Below, piece after piece: positions 1-13,774 of a stretch of 64,000 nucleotides of DNA. The DNA comes from Psilocybe cubensis. Its lineage: Eukaryota. Location: NCBI GenBank assembly GCA_017499595.2, contig CM039003.1, positions 62,001 to 126,000 of the forward strand, in the 5' to 3' direction. Numbering within the stretch: the first letter of the stretch is position 1; every line of letters starts with the position of its first letter. The notes beneath the pieces are model-generated. The model saw nothing but the letters and a program-made list of their open reading frames with translations. It was not told where the DNA came from and made no database searches. The translations under genes were made by a program, and so were the position numbers.

Positions 1-3000
1 ACCTGCCGTTTAGCTCCACGGTAAGTCTTTTTCTCCCATAATCAACAACATTGTCTGACCCATTCATCAATATTCAGGCGAACAATGCCCTGCTTGGTAT
101 TTCAATTCAAGGTTGTGCTTGTTTATTTGTCTCCATTCCGCTCATGTGGCTGACTCATGTTAGACGGCAACATCCCTAAAGCTCATGATTTGAACTCTGG
201 TGATGGGCAGAACTGTATGTTGGGTACATGTGGTTCAAAATGTCCCTCAGGATACGTGCAGATGACTGGTGTGTTACGAACATTGTTCCCATTTCAGTCA
301 ATTAAACAAAGGATCGCAGATGTAACTGACGGAAAGCTTGGTATATCCATATCTATTACATTCATTCTATAGACAGCGTGCTAAAAACATACAATTTGTA
401 GCCAATCCAACAAGCGGTACGTGAAACTCTTTCACTGGTGTGTCTGGTACCAAACTAACCATGTCATTAGCTTGCGGAGGAAAATCTGTTGGGCAGCCAG
501 TTTGCTGTCCTGTTAAGTGAGTTTATCTGAAGACGCATTGTATGATACAGATTATAATGTTTTGATAGTCAGCAACCGAAAGGCTGTCAGTGGAGAGGTA
601 CTGCACCATTCTGCAACGGTGTTTGTGAACGTATGTCATCAATTTGCTCCAGACATTTCTTGAATGACATAATAGTCAACAGCGGGGGAGATTTCATTGG
701 CAAGTGACTCCTGGGGTACAGGCCATAAGTGTAGCTCTGGGCACAAAGAATTTTGCTGCCAGTCTGGATTAAGCAGCGAGCAAATTGATGAAGCAACTGA
801 CTGCCAATGGTGAGATAAACTGATTTGAACTCTAAATAGATAATTTGAATCCTAATCTTCCGTGCAGGTGTACGTTTGTCTTGGAATTCTACCCTGTAGA
901 AAATTTATACTGATTTCGGCGTCATAATTTAATGGAATTTGTAGACGGTGAGATAATTCTGAATCTTCGTCACGTAAATTCTAGTCATTTATTCAGTTTA
1001 TAGGACACCAATCAAAAAAGTATGCATAAATACATCAACCTATATTTTTGTATAACTTACGCCGCTGTCGTTTTTAAGCTGTAATGATAATGTAGGTTTG
1101 ATGAAAATGACTCCCAAATAATTCCCACAACTTATTCCTACTATTAGGTCTGCCCAACCGGCACCTTTGTCAAAGACAGAGATTGTGCGTGGAATACTCT
1201 TGCGCGTGTGACTCACTTATTAATTGTCTATATTCTAGATTACGGAGATACCGGTATATTTCATGCATGTTTCATGCAAGAGAAACAGCTGTGCTGGTAA
1301 GTATAATGTTTTGACCGTTATCAAGACTTTTCAATGAGACTTTTATCAGTGCACCACCAAAAGGTGCATCGACAACTTCTCCGTTCAATCCGGTTCGCAG
1401 ATTCAAGCAATACACATTCTTTTCTTTGACATTTTCACTGAGTAGGCTGATCTATTTCCTAATCCTCCAGCCGATGGAGACCTTGATTGGGATTTACAAG
1501 ACGACCCTATTGACGAGAGTGCTCCAAATGGCGGTGATGCTGCCAATGACAACTCATTTGGATTGCTTGCACTGGATGTGGGTGTAGTGGTGTTGATACC
1601 TGAAAAAAATGACTTACTTTAATGCTAGGGACCGTCCAACCTCCTTTCAAGCGTTGGGATATCATCTGATTGGGTAATCCTGGGTTGTCAGGATAACAGT
1701 GATACTCTCCAGACAGTAACAGCTTTCTGCAGTAAGTCGGAGGATGATCCCACGTCGGGATGTTCTGCGGTTTTTGAATCAGGTGCCAAAAATACGTAGG
1801 TCCACTTTTGACAACACTCGGATAGAAAGTTGAAACCGAGTTTTTTATTTGCAAAGAATTGTCAAGATGCCTCCCGGATGCGGAGGGACGTTTGCTCGAT
1901 TGGCTCATCTTGAAATCAACCCTGATATGACAGTTCCTGACACGCACGCTGGCCGCAAACCAGAAGCGAATCCAGTCTATGAAATGCATTTTGACTACAA
2001 CTTCCACTTAATGTATGTCCCCGTTTGCAAACATACACATAATATTATCTGAAATTAGTTGGAGGTCGGAAACTCGAACAGCTGATGACGGCGAAGTTCT
2101 TCTTCGTGCTGATGTTACTACATTGCCTGGATACTGGGCCGAAATTGATACAGCTGGTGAGTCTGGAACGTGACTTCTTCCAAGTGTTTACCAAGGTCTA
2201 AGAAATAATTCAAGATCCAGGATCATCTGTAAGAAGAGATCTAGAGGAACGGTGGTTTGGTGGCTTTGATGACTGGCTCAAGCGACTTACAAAAGTCAAA
2301 TCTGATACAAGCGCTGATCTCGTGATGCAAAAGTCATTCTCTAGTGTCCTTTTCTCGGCCAGTCAGCACTGCGAGAGTGAGGACGGTACTTTGACCTTTG
2401 ATGCAAGTATATCTGTTACAGCGCAAGGAAATGCAAGGGCTCATCTAAATTACGGTCAATATCCAATTTAATGTCAATTACATGCCCTCAACTCACAATT
2501 TCACATACAGGATTTTACTTGGAGGGATCTCTTTTCCCTCTTAACGTTGATTCTGCCTATGTTTATGCGAATTCCGATGCTTCTGCTTCTCTTGGATTTG
2601 CTGTAACCGGCCGAGCCGAACTTCAGTATGACACAGGGAGAATACCATTGGTTCCGGAACTTGCATGGCCAGGAGTAAGTCTCAATCTTACTCCTAGGAT
2701 ATAGACCCCTCCTAATATGCACCGTGTCTAGTTGAAATGGCCAGGAATTAGTGAGCTTGCTTTGCAGATCTACGGATGTATTTCCTGACCTATATATACC
2801 ATCTATAGTAACGGTGGGACCTACATTTAACATCTGTAAGTTTTCTTTCGAAATTAAACGTTTCTACTCAATGATGATGTATGAAATACAAGATGGCCAG
2901 ATTATTGGTCAATTATCTTTGTCGGGAACCTTTGGAGCTACTGCGGCCTACACGCTTCCCCAAGGGTTTGTTTTATCCACAGACAAGATATGAATGGCCC

Positions 3001-5831
3001 GTGGAGTAATAATCTAATTCGTCCTTCACAGGCATGTGTCGTTTGGTCTCGTAGGCGGGACACAGACACCGGTTGATAAGGGAAGCGATACCGCTCCAGG
3101 TCAAGAGTATGGTGAGTTTGACTATCTTTGGCGGTGACTTCTAATCAATCCGACTGTATTTTTTTATTAGGGTGGACTATACAACCCACACTAGATGTCG
3201 AGCTTGGCGGATCATTAGGGTATTCATTCACTGTTAACACCCATTCGGATCAGCTTATGCACATTGATATTCCAGTGTTCATGTTATACCAGAAGCCGCA
3301 GCGGTGTTCACTGTATTCCCAGGGACACCGCTCGAAATAGGAGCACAAGGTAGTCAGTGTTCCTTGACTTGCAAACATAGCTGACTGTGGTGTGAAATAG
3401 CCACCATTACCGTTGATGGTGCTCTTGTCATGTCTTTTAATGCAAATTTACAAGGAGTTGACGCTAGCATTGACGCTCAAGTCGACTTCCTTGCTGTAAG
3501 TGCAACACTTCAACAAGTTTACTGTATCATCCCTTACCGTTTCATAGGGTGCGTCTGGATTGGGAGGCACGGTTGGTCCATTCAACTTTTTCCATCAAGA
3601 CTATAACTTGTACAGGTTCGCGACCTCCCTAATGTCATATGAAGTCAGCTCACTGTGCGTAAAACTCATAGCACTAGTATCTCATTCTCGGACTCCCCTG
3701 CTCGCCGCTCGATATCTACTCCCCGCGATTTACCAGGAAATAATAGCTTTGGATCTAGCATGGCAAAGCCATTTAGGAAGAAACGTCACGGGGGTACGGG
3801 GAGTAATTTGCAATATTTCGAGGCTCGGGAAGGTAGTCTGGAGTCTCGCGGTTTGTTCTCAGGCCTATTCGACTGCCCACAACCAAAGGAAAATAACGGA
3901 ACCAGTGGAAGTTGTGCTGACGCTCTCGCAGACAGCGTCCCTGACCCCGACCCCGATGACGGTGACGATGAACTTGAAACCCGAAGCGAAGAACATATAG
4001 GTATATTATTTTGAATATGTCAGCCGCGACCATTTTAGTTGACACAAGTCGGGCAGTCCATCTTGAACGTCGGGTCAGCGTGACAGGATGCCCGTGAGTT
4101 TAAGCCGTCTTTTCTCTTTCCTGAAAATTTCTGAGACGCTGTTGTGGAATCATAACCAGAAGTAGCCTGGGATTGACCATTAAGCCTCCCCGTAGTTCAT
4201 TTCCCAAGTTGGTCATTCTGATTCTTACTCCGTTTTTCAGCGTACCAAAATACCCTGCCAGACGGAATATGGGATTTACTCGAGCTTGATGAGTAATAAC
4301 TTTATCCCTTTTCCTGAAGACATGTCGTTCAATCCTTGCACTTAGTCTAAGCACCACCGCAGCAGACTGGGGCGCACGAAATTCTGTAGGAGGTCTTTGC
4401 TACACTCAAGACATTATTTCACTTAACCATACCCCCAGTACGCTGCTAAAACTACCAGTCGGAACGATGACGGATATGCGAAAGAGCACGTTTATGAGGT
4501 AAGCTGAGGTATTTTCTTTCCTCGACAAAGATCTTTAATCGATGTATGTGTGAACAGATGCAGGTCAGTCGGTCGTAAATATACGGCCAATGGAGGCAAA
4601 TGATGACATGATTTTTTCACTTGAAGCTTCTGACACAATTCATGACGGTTAGTGGCCCGCCAAAGTAACCCTAGAATTATTTAACCCTCTAACAAACATA
4701 TCAGGATGTTGTCGTCAAAAACATCGATTTGCGTGGCATGAGCGCATGCAACTGGCTGAAGACTTACGTTTTCAGTCCGTTTGGAACACAGGGTGTGATT
4801 CTTGCCGATGCCTTGCGTTCCATTCAGCCAACTGGAACCGATGAAATGCCAGGTGAGCGTACATTTGGTTTTTGACGGACAATATCAGGCTAAAATTAAA
4901 GGCTTAAGTTCTGTTGGGCATCGCGAATTCAGCCAAGTGAGTTACGATGGATTGAACAGAATACTGTAAATATTCAATGTCATGGCACATTTTGCTCATT
5001 TATCTAGGGAAGCGGTATGTTATTTACGCAAATCTAACGATTCCTGTGACCTCAATCGATGTGAACATGTAGTTCCTCGCTGGACAAAAGGAGTTTAGAA
5101 CACTAGCAAACATGCAAGGACCATCAAAAGATGCATCTGCAATCCTGTTCCTCTTGCGAGCAGCAGGTGTGGCAACTGATTACCTACAGGACAGAATTAT
5201 TGAGATCGAATTCAAAATTCGGGCGGATTCAGTGAGTAAACCAGGACTTTCCTCATACATCGTAAGCTCCAATACATGGTGTAGGTCCGCCAACTTTGGA
5301 TAAACTTTATCGCTGAATATGAGGCTGCTTTTCCACCTGCTCAACCTTTCGATGTTTCTACCGCTTACAAGTGCGTCTTCAAGCTTCACAGTCTACTCAC
5401 TCTCATATACTCGTTTTGCTCACAACTTGCTTGTAGAAATTGGATTGTAAGTCCAAATCTCATTTAAAGGGCACACATTACGAATATTAACACTGCTTAC
5501 TCTGAATAGAATGGACTTCTCAGTGAGTCATAGATGGCAAACTAGCCTTACATTTTGATCCTGAAAGAAGTCTCCTTACAGCTGGATTCAACTCGAGAGC
5601 CGCAACCTTCCTCGCAAATGCAAAAACTGCGTTGATCGGAAAGATTCCTCAGGGACAGACAACAGTCTCTGTTAACCTACCAATTTCAGTAAGCAATGTT
5701 CCTGCTCTATTGTGGTAGATGAACCCTTCTGATTGACAAATGAATCAGTGCCAATCAATCAAAACGATGTCGATAGATGCGACTCAGATAAACGCGCTCT
5801 CGTACACTCAAGTCACCTGGGTCTATTTCTA
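1..5831 (+). CDS. 3' part of a large multi-exon Cys-rich protein resembling the C-terminal region of fungal GH18 subgroup-C chitinase/killer-toxin-like proteins; 5' end outside window, end approximate
   Basis: Many short GT-AG introns. Spliced peptides include CQWRGTAPFCNGVCE, CSSGHKEFCC, LFPNPP, IVKMPPGCGGTFARL, EERWFGGFDDWLKRL and EHVYE-MQ-LLTQF. No GH18 catalytic motif was seen in the window. Confidence 0.6.
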
Positions 5832-6036
5832 GAAGAGAAACGCCGTAGTAGTAGTAGTTGGGAGATCGTATAAACTTTGTACTATGTAAATATGTTCCGG
5901 AACTTGTCCTCAGCTTTTTAATGCGATCACAAAGTGGTTGAATGGTCTATAAATATATACATAACATTGCTTCTAATTTCCCAGCAACCCTTTTCTTTGG
6001 GATCACAGCCCCCTCCGTTTTCATTCATCAACCACC

Positions 6037-6767
6037 ATGGTCACATACAACGAATGGGACACATCCCTGACGGAAAGAGTCACCAAACTGAATGCTTCAA
6101 TAGCAAGCCGGATATTTGAAGTGAGTGTAAAAAATCCGCACTATATTAACTTCCCGCTTCAACTCATCCGGGAGCGTTTGTATATGATTCAAGGTGGGAG
6201 GCTCGCATACACTAATCATCTTCGAGATTGGATCCGTTTTTGGAGACAACGAAATGCGGGAATTGATGGAGATCGCTGGTTCAGGCGGAGGTGACAGGGA
6301 TGCGGTCCTATATAACGCCAAACCTGGTTTATGGTCTGTGGTGGAAGGCACCGCTGGCACCGACGAAGCCCCGTTCTGCGCAACGTGGGTTTCGGACGGG
6401 CATATTGACTACGACTCGTTGCCTCAAGAACCCCTCGTCTTCCCATTGAATCTGGATGGTATAGAGTGGAGAAAGGTGCACGAAGAGTATTTTAATTCGA
6501 CGATTGGGTGTGTTCTGGCTCTTGAAGTCGTACAAGAGTTTGAAGAGGTGGGCATTGGCAATGCCTTGAGTGCATTTGCGGATCTGGGTGGTGTCGTTCC
6601 TGGAGGGTTTATTTGTAAGTTGTTCTCATTTGTTCAGCTAGAACAATCAAAACCTTATTGCGATTGTATTTTTACTGTCAGTTGGCCCACATGAAAGCGG
6701 ACATGAGGTGTATGTCCGTGTATACAGGGATCAAGTGGTTCAAATCAAGGTATGCTGGGATGGATAG
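6037..6767 (+). CDS. Hypothetical protein, about 3 exons
   Basis: ATG at 6037, GTGAGT donor at 6121, long acidic exon (ORF 6194-6694 frame), GTAAGT donor near 6615, last exon ending ...CWDG-TAG. Confidence 0.55.
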
Positions 6768-6949
6768 AAAGCTAGCGAGTTCTATACAACTCTGTACCTC
6801 ATTTCCGTCAAACATGCACTCTTAAATGGCTTTAAAGACTGCCGGCAGAGGTTGGTCTCGCTGAAAAAACATGAATTCAAAGTTACAATTTTTCTGTAGA
6901 CAAATCAGCAGCGGACAAGCGCGGTGCAGGTGTGAAGTAGATGATAAAA

Positions 6950-8100
6950 ACCTGACAAGGCAAGAAAGGAATATAGAACCCGTGGAATGAGATACTGAGA
7001 GATATAACAGTGTTTGGTCAGTACAGAGGGTCGTAGCATGGGCGCCGCGGCGCACAGGCTCATGCGTTGGCAGGGGAAGCACGCATATTTGCACCCACCT
7101 ACACCCACACTCTCACCCACAATATACCGGTGTACAATTCCATCTGTTCTGACCCGTCTGCACTGTACCGCGCCCGCATAGCCAACGAGCTGAACGTATG
7201 TATGCGCTGATATAGATCGAGATTCTGGTGTTGTGCAGGACTGGTACTCGGATGTTCGTGACAAAGACGCGGCGATGCGTCAACTCTTGCTCTTGAGGGC
7301 TTTTTGGATAACATGGAACCCATTCGCAGCAGCGAGGTGGCAGCAGATCAGGCGAGAGTCGAGCGGGAGCTCTGTTGGAATGCATGGGGTGGAGGCGGCC
7401 GCGGCGATATGCTGGAGTCTGGGGAAAGAGGCAGAGGCAAACTCGGACAAAAAACTGAGAAGAGAGAAACTCACCTATTTGAATTCCAGTAACTTCCACA
7501 GTTCTCCCTAAAAGTATACGCACTCGGCCTCGCTCCTCAACGCCCCTGCAGTCCACGCTCCACAGGCTGCAGAACATGCCTTGTAATGACCAAATCCATC
7601 AAGAAATGGTGGAGCGTATCGGACGAATTTGTAGAGACTCTGCAGGGGAGGAACGTGCGGGGGTCTGGGTCACCTATGGAAGGAGCGGAAGAGACTGCTG
7701 GAATGCGAGAGATCTCGATTGGGGAGGGTGCATGGGCGTCGATGATTCTTGTTGCTGAGTGTTGTACACGCTCTGCTTCAAGACAGATATTCTGAGTAGA
7801 AGAGAGGTTTAGCAGCGCAACGCGCAGGAACTGATGCGAGTGGTTTGGGTCGTCGATGGGAGAGTTGTTAGGCTGTGGAGAGGTGATATGAAACTGGAAG
7901 AATGTGAGTAGAATCCATAGAGAAAAGAGCCACGCACCTGTTCTTGCCCCAATTGAAAGCGGTGAGCGCGCCGTAAGTCAGGAATTCCTTCCCTAAGCCA
8001 TGACCGGGATCCTTGTCCATCCTCCAACACGTTCGCGGTTCCAGAGCGGCAAGATTTCTCATGTTCATCAATCAAAAATCGCCACTTGCCGATCATTTGT
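6950..8100 (-). pseudogene. Probable decayed gene, possibly F-box/LRR-like
   Basis: GC-rich coding-like stretch broken into short ORFs in several frames, with an intron-like GTGAGT near 7475. No continuous frame. Confidence 0.25.
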
Positions 8101-9637
8101 TTCAGTCTCCGACCCGGCAACCAACTTAGCTTTTGGACTCTGGAGCTCACCGAGTAGCCTGCACACGAAGTCAGTAAAGAATAGCTAGATACTGGGTTAG
8201 GGTTTCTTCGTGACTCGATAATTTGAGATTCAGAACGATACTAATTACCGTGAGTAATCTCCCACGTCATCTGTAAAGCTATACCACAACTCCTTTGAGA
8301 ACATAGCTAATTAAACATGTTAGCAGGGGCCTGACAATCCTGAGGAGGTTACTTTTACCCGCAGAGAAGAAAACATTCGTTTGGAATGTCCAGCCATTGC
8401 ATAAATCCATTATTACCATCCATAGGGGTAACATAGGAAAGAGAAATTGTTGTTTTGTTCAAAGTCCAAGAGATGTTAAAAAATAGCGCAATCGCCACTC
8501 CTCGTGGTCTCGCGCCTGTTCTAGTCGAATAAGATCCGCAACACGAGCTAGGCGTTTGCAGGGCGTTTAGATAGCCCTTGATGCACGGGTTCTGGACGAT
8601 GACAGGTAAAATATGAAGTCATTATACCTTTGTTGTCTAAATATTCTCAGTTGACGACGCCGGCGCACATGAATGGAGCACTCCGGGTTGAAATACTATT
8701 GGTTCAGATTGAAAAGAAGCAACCCTGCATATACACTCATCCAATAAGAAGTTTCCCATCGGAAGCGTTCGCAGGGAGAAAACTAGTAGGGAAGATAAAA
8801 GACTGGACCTGCCAATTTGAGAATGGGGGCAGATCAGGAGGCACTTGGCCAGTCCTAATTAATTGGATATACGGCGGCGATATTTACCGGTGCATTAATA
8901 ACGGTGGATCAGCGTGTTTCTCCAGGCTGAAATACTTGTGTGTGGGCGCCTAATTCTATGTAAACTTTCAATCAAAGACGTCTCACAGAGGCTTGGTTAT
9001 AATAGATATAACGAAAGACATTTCGTAAGGGATGAATGGCGTCTAAAAAAAAGCAATTGACTTCAAGTTACACCCCGTGTTCTAAAAATGAGTTGTGGGC
9101 CAAGTACTGCCCTTGTTACATCAACAGCTGTACGTACTATGAAGAAGAATATACACGCTTGGAAACTCGGAACTTTGGAGTGTTTTTTTTTCTTCTTTTG
9201 ATAGTTTAAAATATTTCCTCCGATCACTGTCCTGACCTCGCGGCGTACGTGTCAAAGTTGCCACAACGAGGTTCATTCATCACTATGAATCTCCATAGCT
9301 TTTATAGGAAATTAAATGTGTATTAGTATCATATATGGGTGGTTAAACCCCTCGTTCTCTCGTATACCCTCGGCTGCCGTGTGTCCTGTAACATCCTTGT
9401 AGAGCGTTGATTGGATTCAGATAATGTTGGCGTGAGAAATGTGCAAAGGGAACAATGGGCATCTGTGGTTTGACAGGCTGGCCTTTAGGCTGGAAGATCA
9501 CCGTCTTCTCAGGGATTGAGCCACTCGGAAACATCAGCGGTGCATATTACCTACTTTTACCTCAGATTTGTTTGGTCCTCTTTCTTCGTACTCCCCCACC
9601 CCTCTTGATTGTTAGCCATTGAAAAGTATACCAGCCA

Positions 9638-9912
9638 TGTTTGCCGACACTACGCACTCATCCAGCTACTCATATCTCACCGAATCCTACTCCTTAAATA
9701 TCCCCGAGATTATACACTCGCCCGAGACAGAGTCAGAGGAAGATATGTGGTACCCAGACATGGAGGAGCTCACCGACCATAGCATGGACCTCAACTACGA
9801 AAATAATGCGAACAATGACGAGGTTAACGAGACCGTATCTGCACACGACCTTCCAGCCTTGTCGGATGAGCAGTCGGAGGAAGGGTTCAGGGAAATGGAG
9901 CGATACGTATGA
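9638..9912 (+). CDS. Short acidic ORF or exon of unknown function
   Basis: About 90-codon D/E/S-rich ORF ending at a GTATGA donor-like site; no downstream exon identified. Confidence 0.25.
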
Positions 9913-10603
9913 CACGATTTTCCGTTGAAAATGCGAAGTGTCCGGCTTCACGATTTGGTCGCTACAAAAATAGCAAGACTAGAACTTTGATACGTACATT
10001 TATGTCAGGTTTCGTGATGAAGTACTTAGTCATTAGTACATACACCCTTGGTTGAACAACGTACTTTGGTGTGGTCGTACTGTGACCTAGGTATACATTG
10101 CTGTATCAAATGGTTTTCTTATCAATGATACAGTAATACCCGGTTTATATGAACCTATACCAAGTCCTGTTCACTTTCAAACAACTTTTGTCATTTTTTC
10201 TCAGATTTTTTTGTTTCCAACTTATCTTGGCTCCTTCTGCATCAAAATAATCTAAGTAAAGGTGCCGGAAACACCCACAGCAAGACAAAATATGCTTTGC
10301 CGTGATAGGCCGATATAAACTCAGTTAAATTTCAGATTATCTGGAAGAATTGCGCCCTTAACCATCTGTTGAAATAACTGCTTTACGGAAGACCATCTTT
10401 AGAGAGACCACCCTAGGATAATACCAACACGTACACCATTGGTTTTGATGAAACCACGACTTGACCACAGCTTTACCACGACACGAGTTTAAATTTACCA
10501 CGGTCTGTGCTAATTTTATCAGAATGTCATCCAATAGGCTGTTCGCACACTCAGAATGTAAGCACTACAACATAAAGAAAGGCCCAAAACTAGTGAGTAC
10601 AAC

Positions 10604-10789
10604 TGTAACGCGCGCCCTGAATATCCTAACATTTCAAATAGCATCGGCTGCCGCCGATGCCCTTATCATGCACAATTGTAGATAGGAGTAGGACAGTTCT
10701 TTTGTTTCGTACCTACTAGACACCAATATACGTTGGTCAGATTTAGTACGTGCGACTTGAGAATTCCAACCGTAAAGCGAGCCTTTACA
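10604..10789 (+). repeat. 5' LTR of element 1 (186 bp)
   Basis: TGTAACGCGC...GCCTTTACA; one mismatch seen versus the 3' LTR (T10677 vs C33670). Confidence 0.97.
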
Positions 10790-10876
10790 CTTTTTTAAAT
10801 CTACCATCTATATTGGCGATTAGCCAGAACCCCCAAACCGTTATCTTCACTACCCCTATTGCATCGTAACTGCGCG

Positions 10877-13774
10877 ATGGCATCCCCAGAACAATCCAAA
10901 GGGAACGACCTCCAAAAGGACGTACCTAGTGAAACCCGCATGGTGTTCAACAAAGAGACTATGACCTACGAAATGGTAAGAGCCACCCAAACAGGATCAA
11001 GTAACGAACCTGTCATGAACACCGACAAGGTGACGACGGAAACATTGAGCCAGATCGATAAGAACACCGTCGGGGAAACTGTACTACCCACTGAACCGAA
11101 TAAAGATGAGATGATTGAGGGATTGCAGAGGGAGATCGACGCACGACTGGAAACAGTATGGGAAATATACGGAGTAGATCGTATAGACAGGCAGATAGCG
11201 CTCCGTAATCGAGCCATCGATATAGTGGAGCAGGAAATGTCCCGAATTGGGGGCGTGAGCATCGAGAACTGGGGAATTGATAAATACGCGAGCGTGGTAG
11301 TGAAAACTACGTCACGAATGGCTGAGAGGTATGCAGACAGACCTCGATATCCATATATCAGCTCGATGGGCATACCTATCAGTCCCATCACTGAAATGAC
11401 TAACATACTTGAGATGCCCGTATCATCTCCACGCATTCGGCTACCCGAAAACGCGACTCTATACAAGTCGACAGCGGGAACTGGCATCAATACTAGTAAT
11501 ATTGATAGAGGTGTTGAATCTCAATCGTTAATTACTGAGCCACACGCACAGAGTATTCTACACCCAAACGTTACGCGACGAACAGAGTCGAGAGTGGCGA
11601 GGGCTGTAAACTGGAAAGATCGTGTGGCTTACCAAACGATGCGTAACGAAGCACTACGCACAACAGGACACTCTAATATTGACGACCAAGGTGTAGAGTT
11701 CGATGGTCATCGACCAAGAGAAGCACCATCCCCATCGTTAATACTAAAACAGGAAAATGTTGAGGAAGCGCCAACACACTTACCAAATGCGCCTGCTATA
11801 TTGCCTCGATCAAAACGGTCAACGGACCGAGACGAGAGCTATGCACGCGGTGGTTCATTGCCGCCACAACTTACCAATTATAGCGATTCGAGACGCGCAT
11901 CGCGAGGATACTCCATGCCAAGAGCAGTGGCAGCACGCGTGAAACCTGGAATACCAGAGGCCAATGAAGCGCACAAATCAGACATGCAGGATCGATTATC
12001 AAGATTGATTCACGAACTCTTGGGAACAAGGATAGAGTACCCTGATGGTTTCAAGTTCAATGCGAAGTTAGAAAGTGACAAGAGCACGAAATACTCTGGA
12101 TCCCCCAAATTCTCAGAGTTAGAGAATTGGCTATCGGATTTGTGCTCAAAAATGGCCGTTAGGCAACTCGGAGGTCCAAAAAATGACTTAATGCGTCGTA
12201 TGATTCTTCCGGAATACCTTGACGGAGACGCAAAGTTCTTCTACAATCACCATGTGGCCAACATAAACCGTCAGAAGAAGCATTGGACGTTTGAAGAGGT
12301 TATACTGGCCTTATACGAACGGTTTGTACACCCGACCTCGATGCAGGACGCCCGTGAGGCATTCCGAACGGCAACATTTAACCCCAAAAAAGGGGTACAG
12401 GCTTTCTATGACACGATATTGGAACACGCACAAAACATGTACAAATACCCCGACCAATATTCGATCCTGGAGGTATTTTTATCTGGCATACCCAGAGCCA
12501 TGAGATCACATCTGATAAGAAATGATGGCCTATCTCCTGAAGTAAACTCGGTGGACGAGTTTGTCGGATTAGCTAAACTCTACGAAGAGTGCCAAAAAAC
12601 CAATGCTTACTATCAACGGCATGGCCGTGACGTGAGCGGTGGATTAACAGACCGTTCTAACACAGTCAATAAACTAGCAAATAACGTTGCTAGACCACTA
12701 CGATTACGCTCGCGAGGGAAGATCATGGTCCTGCGATCCCAATTAACGGAAGCTAATAAAACAAATACAAAGGCGATTGAACCCACAGGCGCGGCCAAAA
12801 TAGTACCCAAGATGCAACCCACAACGGTAACCCAGGCAAAACCCAAGGGAAGTACCGGTAGGGCAGTTCAGTGCTATAACTGTGGCAAGGCAGGCCACTT
12901 TGCTAAAGAATGTGCTGAACCACGTAGAGAGCGGGTTCAATTAAGAGCTGCACACATGGCGGTACCTGAGGAAAATGATGATACTTTATCCAATATGGGG
13001 GACGATGAAGCTGACCCCGAAACGACTGATAACAACCATGCAGACGATGACCAGTACACAGAAGTTGAAGTGGTCGACAGCGACTGGTATGAGTCAGAAT
13101 CGCGCATTGACGATGAACAATGCCGAGCTATGACCGTGATTGCACCCAATCTCGAGCACAAGTACGTGGAGCTATTGGTACCTATAAATCCATTACAGGA
13201 TGGCACCATCGAAGACGAGACGCACGCAATGACAGAAATGCCAGAATCTCATGTAAGGGCAGAGGATCATGGTACGAAGATGAGGAAAGTCAAGCTACGC
13301 ACCTCAAGAAAGGAGCGCATGAGACCTACAGTTAAACCTGAGGACAAGGAATGTCTGGTTACCTATGTGAATGTGGCCGGAATGGACGCATGGACTTTGT
13401 GGGATTCCGGGAGTACGACTTCGGGTTTAACACCGTCATTTGCGCAGATAGCGGACATATCAGTGGACACACTAATTGATCCACATATCTTACAACTAGG
13501 GACGACAGGTAGTCGCTCGTCCATCAAGTATGGGGCCGATGTTCAGGTTAATATCGGAAATACATCCACATCCACGTACCTGGATATAATTAATATTGAC
13601 CGATATGACATGATCATCGGAACACCGTTTATGCGTAAGCATAAGGTAATTCTAGACTTTGATAAATCGGTAGTACGCATCAATGGCATGACATTACCTG
13701 CTATACGTGTCCCGAGAGACACTGATGGCCGACTGCGTCGTCAGAGAATGACGGATAAGCAAGAGGCCAACTGA
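10877..13774 (+). CDS. gag: Gag plus aspartic protease of element 1
   Basis: Capsid-like region, zinc knuckle CYNCGKAGHFAKEC, protease LWDSGS...YDMIIGTPF; ends in TGA in frame with pol. Confidence 0.93.
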   Translation: MASPEQSKGNDLQKDVPSETRMVFNKETMTYEMVRATQTGSSNEPVMNTDKVTTETLSQIDKNTVGETVLPTEPNKDEMIEGLQREIDARLETVWEIYGVDRIDRQIALRNRAIDIVEQEMSRIGGVSIENWGIDKYASVVVKTTSRMAERYADRPRYPYISSMGIPISPITEMTNILEMPVSSPRIRLPENATLYKSTAGTGINTSNIDRGVESQSLITEPHAQSILHPNVTRRTESRVARAVNWKDRVAYQTMRNEALRTTGHSNIDDQGVEFDGHRPREAPSPSLILKQENVEEAPTHLPNAPAILPRSKRSTDRDESYARGGSLPPQLTNYSDSRRASRGYSMPRAVAARVKPGIPEANEAHKSDMQDRLSRLIHELLGTRIEYPDGFKFNAKLESDKSTKYSGSPKFSELENWLSDLCSKMAVRQLGGPKNDLMRRMILPEYLDGDAKFFYNHHVANINRQKKHWTFEEVILALYERFVHPTSMQDAREAFRTATFNPKKGVQAFYDTILEHAQNMYKYPDQYSILEVFLSGIPRAMRSHLIRNDGLSPEVNSVDEFVGLAKLYEECQKTNAYYQRHGRDVSGGLTDRSNTVNKLANNVARPLRLRSRGKIMVLRSQLTEANKTNTKAIEPTGAAKIVPKMQPTTVTQAKPKGSTGRAVQCYNCGKAGHFAKECAEPRRERVQLRAAHMAVPEENDDTLSNMGDDEADPETTDNNHADDDQYTEVEVVDSDWYESESRIDDEQCRAMTVIAPNLEHKYVELLVPINPLQDGTIEDETHAMTEMPESHVRAEDHGTKMRKVKLRTSRKERMRPTVKPEDKECLVTYVNVAGMDAWTLWDSGSTTSGLTPSFAQIADISVDTLIDPHILQLGTTGSRSSIKYGADVQVNIGNTSTSTYLDIINIDRYDMIIGTPFMRKHKVILDFDKSVVRINGMTLPAIRVPRDTDGRLRRQRMTDKQEAN

